Below are positions 42,130 through 49,850 of a stretch of 57,852 bases of DNA, piece after piece. Within the stretch, counting starts at the first letter, position 1. Each line of letters starts with the position of its first letter. The position numbers and the translations under genes are program-made. The notes beneath the pieces are model-generated. The model was not told where the DNA came from and ran no database searches. It saw only the letters and a program-made list of their open reading frames with translations. This DNA comes from Minisyncoccota bacterium (lineage in GTDB: Bacteria > Patescibacteriota > Minisyncoccia > Phycocordibacterales > DAORIS01): positions 1 to 57,852 of the forward strand of contig DAORIS010000005.1 of assembly GCA_035438625.1 (NCBI GenBank), written 5' to 3'.

Positions 42130-44451
42130 TTAAACAATTTCACACACACCTCCTGCACACGCGAGTTCTTTCTTCACGTCAAGTTCATTTGTCTTTTCGT
42201 ACGCAATGATCTTTGAGTAATCAATGTGTTCAAAACCCTTTGATAGTTCTAGGTATTTTGCTTCATCAATCGCTTCATACGGTGCGAGTTGGTACACATG
42301 GTTATCTCGAGGAAGGAATGAAAGACCTCCAACAATATCCCAGTTCTTGTATACCCAGTTAGCCACCTCGATCCACTCATCTTCTCCAACCGAAACAGTT
42401 ACAGATGGGTTGTGTTCTGTGTAGTTAACTTTAACCATCTTCCAGTGTTCTAGTTGGTCGATAGCTGTAACATCGTTTTTGTAGATTGAATTTTGCGGAG
42501 CCTTAACAGGGAATTCAAGGACGAATGTTGTTGCACTGTCTGCTGACTGTCCAACTTCAGGATGATACGGAACTCCTGAGTCTCTGAGCATCTTGAATAG
42601 TGAGTCAGTTGCTGAGATTCGGATACGTCGGATGTAGTACGGAGCGTGACGTGGGTGCATTCCTGATGAACAGTCTACGGTTTGTGAAAGTGTTCCAGAA
42701 GGCTTTACACATGTAATACATGATGATGCGCTGATACCTATTCGCTTTGCAAAGAGTTGGTTGATGCGGATAGCTTCCTTGCGAAGGTTTTCAAGTACCT
42801 TAGGGTTTCGTACAGCTGGGCTGTCCCATTGGCCAGTGATAGATACACCGAGAAGGCGTTCCTTTTCACAATTTTCTCTCCACTGCTTTGAAAGGTATGG
42901 GAAGTTTGTAAGTGATGACTGGTATGTACCGATGATTGTAGCGATACGCATCTTTCTCATGAGACTCTTTTCAGTATCCTCTTCGCGTGCAACTACCTCT
43001 GAAAGGTTACAGAATTGCTTAGACTGCAAGATAATCTCTCCACACGGGTTTGTTCCCATAGGCGCAGTGATGACTTCACCTGATGGATCAAAGTATCCCT
43101 TGATTTCCTTGAGGAGTTTGAGACGTCGGTCGGGGAGTGTCTTTGTGAGTGATCCTCGGTTGAAGATTCCTCTCTCTCCAGAGCCCGACTTCATGAGCGC
43201 TGTCCACTCTTCAATAAATTCAGTGCTTGATGGCTTGTGAGAATACACTGCTGAGTTATTAGCAAGTGTTCGCTGGATCTCAGTGTTATAAAATGCACCT
43301 TGTTTTGCATCTCGAAGATCAGTGTCGTCAAGATCAGAAAGAGAGATCATGGCGCTTCGTCGAACTCCACCTGCAACCACACAGTTACCAATGGTGCAGA
43401 TGATGTCGTGGACATCGATAGTTCGGAGACGCTTACCTTGTCGTGAAAGCATTTTTGTTCGAACAAACTGCATAAGGTTTCGAAGTGGTTCAGGACCAGA
43501 TGCTTTTCCTCCCATAGTCTTAAGTCGTGCTCCAGCTGGTCGAAGAAGAGAGTAGTCAAAATCAATGTCCTTTCCAGAAGCCCAAATCTTCATTCCAAAC
43601 GCTAATGTATCTGCCCATCCTTCTTTGCTGTCGGGTACAACGTGTGTAGGAAGCTTCTCGCCAGTCTGCATTGCAATTTGTGGAAATTTTTCTACGTTTT
43701 GGCTCTCTACTGAAAATCCTGCTCCTGTACCACACATTGAAACATACATGATCTCAGCGAGATCCTGGAAGCTTTCAGGGGCAATATATGAGCAGTTGTA
43801 TGCACACACGTTAGTCTTTCGTGCAGCGGGTCCTGCAAACTGGAGGAGGCGCATAGAAGGCATTGCTTCTTGCTTGAGGATTCCTTCACGAACTTCTTTG
43901 TACTCAGATTCCTTGAGCTTGTTTCCGAGGTTTTCCTTCATGAACTCAACGTACCTGTCCACAGTCTCAATCCATGTCTCACGGCGCTGCTCATCGTCCT
44001 TCCACTTTGAATATGTTCGGTAGTACACGAACTCACCAAGTGGGTTTTTGAAATATTGCTTACTGTCCTCAGCCAACTTTTTCACCTTTGGAGGAATTTC
44101 AACAGCCTGTTGGGATCGGATCTTTGCGTGCTCTTGTCGGTAAAGGATATATGCCTTTGCAGTCTTTACGTATTCAGAAAGGATAAGTTCTTTCTCCACT
44201 GAGTCTTGGATACCTTCAACTCCCGGAATGAAGCTCTTATACTTTTTTGTAATTCGTACCACGTCAGCAAGGACTTTATTGGCAACCATCATTGCCTCTT
44301 CGTCTGATCCTTCACCAGTTGCCTGCATCGCTTTACCAATCGCGTGTGCAATCTTATGGATATCAAACGGCACGATAGACCCGTCGCGCTTTTGGATTTT
44401 CTTTACAAGAACAGTTTCTGTAGAAGACCTCTCGGCTGTTTTCGGTGACAT
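42130..44451 (-). CDS. nrdJ: class II (adenosylcobalamin-dependent) ribonucleotide reductase with N-terminal ATP-cone
   Basis: ATP-cone (VKKIQKRDGSIVPFDIHKIAHAI), active-site NPCGEI, and a C-terminal redox Cys pair (CAGGVCEIV). Length 773 aa. Confidence 0.88.
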   Translation of the reverse strand: MSPKTAERSSTETVLVKKIQKRDGSIVPFDIHKIAHAIGKAMQATGEGSDEEAMMVANKVLADVVRITKKYKSFIPGVEGIQDSVEKELILSEYVKTAKAYILYRQEHAKIRSQQAVEIPPKVKKLAEDSKQYFKNPLGEFVYYRTYSKWKDDEQRRETWIETVDRYVEFMKENLGNKLKESEYKEVREGILKQEAMPSMRLLQFAGPAARKTNVCAYNCSYIAPESFQDLAEIMYVSMCGTGAGFSVESQNVEKFPQIAMQTGEKLPTHVVPDSKEGWADTLAFGMKIWASGKDIDFDYSLLRPAGARLKTMGGKASGPEPLRNLMQFVRTKMLSRQGKRLRTIDVHDIICTIGNCVVAGGVRRSAMISLSDLDDTDLRDAKQGAFYNTEIQRTLANNSAVYSHKPSSTEFIEEWTALMKSGSGERGIFNRGSLTKTLPDRRLKLLKEIKGYFDPSGEVITAPMGTNPCGEIILQSKQFCNLSEVVAREEDTEKSLMRKMRIATIIGTYQSSLTNFPYLSKQWRENCEKERLLGVSITGQWDSPAVRNPKVLENLRKEAIRINQLFAKRIGISASSCITCVKPSGTLSQTVDCSSGMHPRHAPYYIRRIRISATDSLFKMLRDSGVPYHPEVGQSADSATTFVLEFPVKAPQNSIYKNDVTAIDQLEHWKMVKVNYTEHNPSVTVSVGEDEWIEVANWVYKNWDIVGGLSFLPRDNHVYQLAPYEAIDEAKYLELSKGFEHIDYSKIIAYEKTNELDVKKELACAGGVCEIV

Positions 44452-44656
44452 AGTTATGACTGTGGTTGTTACAAATGCTAATTACTAATAAACGTACAGT
44501 GAAGTATATCCCCGACGGTGGGTCGAAACCCCTGTGGAAAAGCTGCCTCGCAAGTTCGAGGAGTTGTTGTCAACGATTGAAACGTAGCACGGCCTAGTGT
44601 AGGGTATTATTGAGAGAGGAAAAAATTTATTTCTCAAAACTCAGAAAAAAATATTC

Positions 44657-45370
44657 ATGATACTCATTATTCTTACTCTATGTGTGGCCGCGGCAACAGT
44701 AATTGGGCTACTTGTTTCATATGTGCTCAAAGACAGTGTACATATGATGCTCTCGTTTAGTGCAAGTGCACTTATCGCAACCGCATGTCTTATCCTTATT
44801 CCCGAATCAATTGAGATTGGGGAATCAATACATGACATACAGTATTTATTGATGGTGATGGTTGGTGGTTTTTTCTTAGCATTCTTTGCGTCTCTTGTGT
44901 TTAAACATCACAAACATACACACGATGTTCATGAGGACGTAGGGCACGCAGGACTTGCACCAGCATCTGTCTCCGCTCATGGAATCATTGATGGACTAGC
45001 GTCGGGCGCAGCACTCATTGCACTCCCCGGGCTCGCGCTTCCTGTTATCGCTGCAATTAGTATGCACAGGATTGTAGATGGTATGACGGTTGGCCCAGTT
45101 CTCATTCGGAATGATGTTAGCAAGCGACAAGTACTCATTTGGTCAGTGCTGACTATACTTTCTCCACTCTTTGGTATTGCACTCAGTCAAATCATTACAC
45201 TCAACGATTCTGTGTTAAGTCTTGCGCTCGCAGCGCTCGCTGGACTCTTTTTATATGTCGGTGCGTCAGACATTTTGCCTGAAACACGGCACGCACATCC
45301 AAAACTTTCTATAATTGGCGCATCAATCGTTGCAGTCCTCGCTGTTTATTTTCTTTCAGGACTCGAATAG
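44657..45370 (+). CDS. ZIP-family divalent metal transporter (ZupT-like)
   Basis: His-rich loop HHKHTHDVHEDVGH. Conserved helices HGIIDGLASGAAL and ISMHRIVDGMTVG. Confidence 0.85.
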   Translation: MILIILTLCVAAATVIGLLVSYVLKDSVHMMLSFSASALIATACLILIPESIEIGESIHDIQYLLMVMVGGFFLAFFASLVFKHHKHTHDVHEDVGHAGLAPASVSAHGIIDGLASGAALIALPGLALPVIAAISMHRIVDGMTVGPVLIRNDVSKRQVLIWSVLTILSPLFGIALSQIITLNDSVLSLALAALAGLFLYVGASDILPETRHAHPKLSIIGASIVAVLAVYFLSGLE

Positions 45371-45410
45371 ATTTTAATAAGTATTGAGTTGAGTAGTGCT
45401 TGTATGTGCT

Positions 45411-45944
45411 ATGGCACGTACGTGGATAATTGCTCTATCTATATGTGTATGTGGAGTGTATCTTGGTCATTCTATTGGAGTTAGAGCATTATTCCACCAA
45501 GATGTGTATATGGTGAAGAAGGTTATTGATGGAGACACTATTAATGTCTCAAAAGGAATTTTTGGAAAAACATACACAGTACGGCTATTAGGAATAAACG
45601 CACCTGAATCAGTTGATCCACGAAAACGTGTTGAATGTTTTGGAAAAGAAGCATCCGTCTTTCTAAAGCACAGACTTATAAAGGGGACATTTGTATATCT
45701 TGCGTCGGACACTGAAAAGTCAGATACGGATAAATATGGGAGGTTACTTCGATATGTATTTACCAAAGATTCAAACTCTACCTGGAGACTTATTAATAAG
45801 GAAATAGTCTCCTTGGGATATGCATTTGAGGAGTCTTTTGGAGAGCCGTACCAGTTACGGGTATATATAGAGTACGTAGAGAACGATGCTAAGGCATTTA
45901 AAAGAGGACTATGGGGAATTGAGGGATGTAAGGCTGCGTGGTAG
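45411..45944 (+). CDS. thermonuclease (staphylococcal nuclease-like) with signal anchor
   Basis: VIDGDTINV, VRLLGINAPES, CFGKEAS, DKYGRLLRYVF motifs. Confidence 0.8.
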   Translation: MARTWIIALSICVCGVYLGHSIGVRALFHQDVYMVKKVIDGDTINVSKGIFGKTYTVRLLGINAPESVDPRKRVECFGKEASVFLKHRLIKGTFVYLASDTEKSDTDKYGRLLRYVFTKDSNSTWRLINKEIVSLGYAFEESFGEPYQLRVYIEYVENDAKAFKRGLWGIEGCKAAW

Positions 45945-46162
45945 TGTCAGGATATGAATCGAACAGTTAAAGTACTACTTTTCTTCCTCCTGGCACCAAT
46001 CTACATTCCAGCAGCTTTTTTGATGAATTTTACGTTCGAGTGGTGGGTTAAACTCCTAGAGGATTAGAGAGTCCTTTTCTTGTCTCGTCACTATAAATAT
46101 GGTACAAGTTTGCAGTAAGTACGTTGTTTTCTTTTTTTGTCTTCAAACCACGGAGGTAGCAG

Positions 46163-46945
46163 ATGGTTGGTAAAGTTCGTCCGAATCGTCCGAATCGAAT
46201 GGTGTGTGTCGTTCTTGTTGGTAAACCCTTCTCTGGGAAAAGTGAGGCGCGCAAGACCCTCGAGAGTTTGTATGGAGCGGCTTCCCAAACAAGTTCAACT
46301 TCAATTTTGGAGGCAATTTCAGCTGGTGTCTTTACTGATGAGAGTGATGAGGCTCGTCGGCACGCAGACATCCAGCAGCTGCTTGCAGATGTGGGCGGAA
46401 AGATGCAGTGCGGTGCATTGGTTGAGGATAGAATTGTCGTGAAGAGTTTCATGCACGGATTTAATTCTCGTATTCCACAAATTACACGGTCAAACATGTT
46501 TGTGTCTGACGGATACCCGAGAACACATAAGCAAGCAGAACTGCTTCGGGAGCAAGTCGGCACACGTGTCGAGATTATCCCCATGCTTCTCAAGGTGTCT
46601 GACGAAGACTGTTTTAATCGAATGCCGGGTCGTCAGATTACTGAGAAGCGAACTGATGACACCCATGAAAGACTTGCTCATCGACTCCAGGTTTTTTCAG
46701 AGTCATTTGGCAGGTTTGACAGTTCGAGTCCTTGTCTTGCAATGACGCTCAAGCAGTTATCGACGTTGCCCGAACACGCAATCGCCTCTAGGGGGTATTT
46801 CGAAAACGGTTTCATAAACATTGACGCCAGCCAAAGTAAGGAAAACGTGGCAACTCAAGTTACTGAGTTGCTTGCTGAAGCGCTCGAGTTCATTAATCAG
46901 GTACGTCCATCAGTTGGGCGACGGGGAGATAAGTTACTAACGTAG
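46163..46945 (+). CDS. divergent adenylate-kinase-family protein
   Basis: P-loop-like VLVGKPFSGKS, then FVSDGYPRTHKQAELL, RTDDTHERLAHRLQVF and FINIDASQSKENV, colinear with Adk. GGAGG lies 6 nt upstream of the ATG. Confidence 0.6.
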   Translation: MVGKVRPNRPNRMVCVVLVGKPFSGKSEARKTLESLYGAASQTSSTSILEAISAGVFTDESDEARRHADIQQLLADVGGKMQCGALVEDRIVVKSFMHGFNSRIPQITRSNMFVSDGYPRTHKQAELLREQVGTRVEIIPMLLKVSDEDCFNRMPGRQITEKRTDDTHERLAHRLQVFSESFGRFDSSSPCLAMTLKQLSTLPEHAIASRGYFENGFINIDASQSKENVATQVTELLAEALEFINQVRPSVGRRGDKLLT

Positions 46946-46967
46946 CTTTTACACAATTAGAAACAAA

Positions 46968-46999
46968 GGCACCACCTCTACGGAAGTGGTGTTTTTTTT
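46968..46999 (+). terminator. intrinsic terminator
   Basis: caccac(ct)-ctacgg-(aa)gtggtg followed by T8. Overlaps the last codons of the convergent LOG gene. Confidence 0.6.
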
Positions 47000-47727
47000 A
47001 TTCGCACACCATTTCGTACAGGAACGTGCTCTACAAGCGCAGCGATGTCTTCAAGGCTATCTGTAACCATAAAGAGATTAAGATCGTCTGGATCAATTGT
47101 ATCAAGTGGAAACATATTTCGTTTCATAAAATCAATTAGTGGGTTCCAAAAATCTGTTCCATAGAGAACCATTGGAACTTTTTCAATCTTTCTGGTTTGC
47201 ACGAGCGTAGCAATTTCAAAGAATTCATCCATTGTTCCAAAACCGCCCGGAAAAAAGATGTACGCTTCAGCAGAGAAGGTGAGCATAACCTTTCTTATGA
47301 AGAAATAATTAAACTGCATTCCGTGGTTGATGTATGGATTTACGTGTTGTTCGTACGGAAGCTTGATATTTAATCCAATAGAATGGCCGTGATGCTCTGA
47401 TGCGCCACGATTTGCAGCTTCCATGATGCCGGGACCACCACCAGTTACGACACTAAAGCCTTTTTTTGCGAGCATGCCAGATAATTCACGGGCATCTTTG
47501 TAATATTTATTTGTTTCTGGAAAACGAGAAGAGCCAAAAATACTTACTGACTTTGGTTGTCGCTTAATTAAATTAAATCCCGCAATCATCTCATCGTTGA
47601 CTGCGTGAATACGTTCTCGAATCTCTTCTTCTACCTGGTGAAGTGTTACTGGAACGTACGAGGTGTTGGAAAAAGGCTGGTTATCTTTGTCAGCTTGCAT
47701 ATAATGAGGATATGGTACCACATGCAT
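46978..47727 (-). CDS. LOG-family (TIGR00730) nucleotide phosphoribohydrolase
   Basis: VSIFGSSR, VVTGGGPGIMEAANRGA, PGGFGTMDEFFE motifs. Alternative start at 47700. Confidence 0.85.
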   Translation of the reverse strand: MHVVPYPHYMQADKDNQPFSNTSYVPVTLHQVEEEIRERIHAVNDEMIAGFNLIKRQPKSVSIFGSSRFPETNKYYKDARELSGMLAKKGFSVVTGGGPGIMEAANRGASEHHGHSIGLNIKLPYEQHVNPYINHGMQFNYFFIRKVMLTFSAEAYIFFPGGFGTMDEFFEIATLVQTRKIEKVPMVLYGTDFWNPLIDFMKRNMFPLDTIDPDDLNLFMVTDSLEDIAALVEHVPVRNGVRIKKTPLP

Positions 47728-48071
47728 ACGCTGAAGACGGCTCTTTAAATCTTATTAGCTGCGGAAAAACACTCGATGACCAGTGTGATTTTTATGACTT
47801 AATTAATCTTGGACATAGCGTTATCAACGCAGTTATTTTCCTCGCACTCATTTTATTACTATTCATGCTCTTAAAAGCAGGATGGCAATATTTATTTGCG
47901 GGAGCGAGTGATCCAGGAGTGCTTAACAAGGCCAAGAAATCATTTACAAAGATCGCAGTTGGAATATTTTTGATGTTAATAGGTTGGCTGGTGATAAACT
48001 TCGTCGTTGAAAGTGTAGTTGATACAAGCAAGTTCGATAATCCACTCACTGCAACATCGACAACATCATAA
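47712..48071 (+). CDS. TrbC/VirB2-like (T4SS-pilin-type) small membrane protein, N-terminus unclear
   Basis: Two cysteines, then two long hydrophobic helices separated by GASDPGVLNKAKK (SCGKTLDDQCDFYDLINLGHSVINAVIFLALILLLFMLL ... IAVGIFLMLIGWLVINFVV). No hydrophobic signal peptide precedes the AYA-EDG site. Confidence 0.45.
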   Translation: MVPHAYAEDGSLNLISCGKTLDDQCDFYDLINLGHSVINAVIFLALILLLFMLLKAGWQYLFAGASDPGVLNKAKKSFTKIAVGIFLMLIGWLVINFVVESVVDTSKFDNPLTATSTTS

Positions 48072-48093
48072 ATTATAAATAATTAACAAACAC

Positions 48094-48606
48094 ATGAAAT
48101 CATTCAAAGCGTATTGGCCGATTTACCTTCTTGGGTTAGCATTAGTGGTCTTATTAGCATTACAAATTATTATGGACGTTAGAGATTCATCAAATAGCCT
48201 AGGTGAGGATACACAGAACACACAAGAAGAAATTGTAGAGGTAGTGGATGTTAAGAATTCACAGCAAGTAGAAGCGACAGGTGAAACAAACTCACTACAG
48301 GTAACTGACAGTGTTGTTGGAATTGGTGCCGAGGCCGTTTCAGGAAAGACAGTAACAGTACACTACACAGGAAAGTTTACCGACGGAAAAGTATTTGATA
48401 GCTCAGTTGGAAAACAGCCATTTTCATTTATCCTCGGAGCAGGACAGGTAATCGCTGGATGGGACACTGGTGTTGCTGGTATGAAGGTTGGTGGAAAGCG
48501 TTCACTCGTCATTCCTTCATCCCTCGGATATGGCCCAAATGATTACGGACCAATTCCAGGCGGATCAACACTCCTTTTTGATGTTGAGTTGCTTGACGTT
48601 AAGTAA
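48094..48606 (+). CDS. FKBP-type peptidyl-prolyl isomerase, membrane-anchored
   Basis: N-terminal TM, then VTVHYTGKFTDGKVFDSS ... FILGAGQVIAGWDTGVAGMKVGGKR ... LGYG. Confidence 0.88.
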   Translation: MKSFKAYWPIYLLGLALVVLLALQIIMDVRDSSNSLGEDTQNTQEEIVEVVDVKNSQQVEATGETNSLQVTDSVVGIGAEAVSGKTVTVHYTGKFTDGKVFDSSVGKQPFSFILGAGQVIAGWDTGVAGMKVGGKRSLVIPSSLGYGPNDYGPIPGGSTLLFDVELLDVK

Positions 48607-48623
48607 CAGGGTAGAACTGGGTA

Positions 48624-49850
48624 ATGAAATTCACGCTTTCTAAGCGTTTAAAGACAGATCTGACACGATCCATTTCTCCAGATGTAAGTGGAAGAACTGG
48701 AGTCATAACAACTGATCACGGGGTTATCAAGACCCCGGCTTTTGTTGCAGTAGGAACAAAAGCAACACTTAAAGCAATTACACCAGAGCAAGCGGTTGAA
48801 GCAGGTGTCCAAGCGGTACTGGCTAATACATATCATTTATATCTTGAGCCAGGTGCTGACATGGTTTCAGCAGCTGGAGGGTTTGCAAAGATGATGAACT
48901 GGAAAGGACCAACAATGACTGATTCAGGAGGTTTCCAGGTGTTTTCTCTTGGTGCGGCATACGGAAAAGGAATTTCAAAAATTCTTAAATCTTCCTCGGA
49001 ACTTTCACTTGCCGCGGGTGATGTTGATGAAGAAGTAAAAGCACCACTGGTCTCAATTGATCACGATGGTGTGATGTTTCGGTCGCACATTGATGGGACT
49101 GCACACTATTTCACTCCAGAAAAATCAGTAGACATTCAACACGCACTTGGAGCAGACATGTTTTTTGCTTTTGATGAGTGTACGTCTCCAACAGAGACGA
49201 GGGTCTATCAAAGAGAAGCACTTGATCGTACACATCGTTGGGCAAAGCGATGTCTCACGCAACATCGAAATTCAATACACGCAACGAGACAAGCCATTTT
49301 TGGAGTGATCCAAGGTGGAAGAGACAGAGATCTTCGCGAAGAGAGTGCAAAGACAATTGCCGACATGGGATTTGATGGGTTTGGAATTGGTGGATCATTT
49401 GCCAAAGAAGACATGCAAACAGCCGTTTCATGGGTGAATGCACTTTTACCAGAAGATCAACCTCGTCACTTGTTAGGTATCGGAGAGCCAGAAGATTTGT
49501 TCATGGGTGCAGAACAAGGAGTTGATTTGTTTGATTGTGTAGCTCCAACTCGAATCGCACGAAACGGTGGTATTCATACAAGTGCTGGGAGGATCAATAT
49601 TACAAACGCAGTATATAGACAGGATTTTGGGCCACTAGACAATGGTTGCGCGTGTTATACATGCAAAAACTTCACCCGAGCGTATGTAGCACACCTCTTT
49701 CACTCCAAAGAAATGCTTGCCGCGACACTTGCGACAATCCACAACCTCTTTTTCATTTCTGACTTCATGCGAAAGATCAGGGAGTCAATGGAAGACGACA
49801 CATTTTACGATTTCAGAGACAACTTTATAAAGAAGTATTATAGTAGGTAA
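48624..49850 (+). CDS. tgt: tRNA-guanine transglycosylase (queuine tRNA-ribosyltransferase)
   Basis: LANTYHL, MTDSGGFQVFS, IFGVIQGG, LLGIGEPED, DCVAPTRIARNG and the zinc site C.C..C...Y..HL. Confidence 0.9.
   Translation: MKFTLSKRLKTDLTRSISPDVSGRTGVITTDHGVIKTPAFVAVGTKATLKAITPEQAVEAGVQAVLANTYHLYLEPGADMVSAAGGFAKMMNWKGPTMTDSGGFQVFSLGAAYGKGISKILKSSSELSLAAGDVDEEVKAPLVSIDHDGVMFRSHIDGTAHYFTPEKSVDIQHALGADMFFAFDECTSPTETRVYQREALDRTHRWAKRCLTQHRNSIHATRQAIFGVIQGGRDRDLREESAKTIADMGFDGFGIGGSFAKEDMQTAVSWVNALLPEDQPRHLLGIGEPEDLFMGAEQGVDLFDCVAPTRIARNGGIHTSAGRINITNAVYRQDFGPLDNGCACYTCKNFTRAYVAHLFHSKEMLAATLATIHNLFFISDFMRKIRESMEDDTFYDFRDNFIKKYYSR

Noticed and set aside
42224-44488. Plus-strand ORFs inside the nrdJ gene (42761..43240, 43565..44023, 44228..44488 and others)
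   Set aside because: The minus strand encodes an uninterrupted 773-aa class II RNR with all motifs. The antisense ORFs are Ser/Arg-rich shadows.
44452-44656. Cobalamin riboswitch or NrdR boxes upstream of nrdJ; Zur box upstream of the ZIP gene
   Set aside because: I could not find the B12 box / GGGAA...GGTGAAA core, a 16-bp NrdR-type palindrome, or a Zur-type palindrome on either strand. Only generic hairpins are present.
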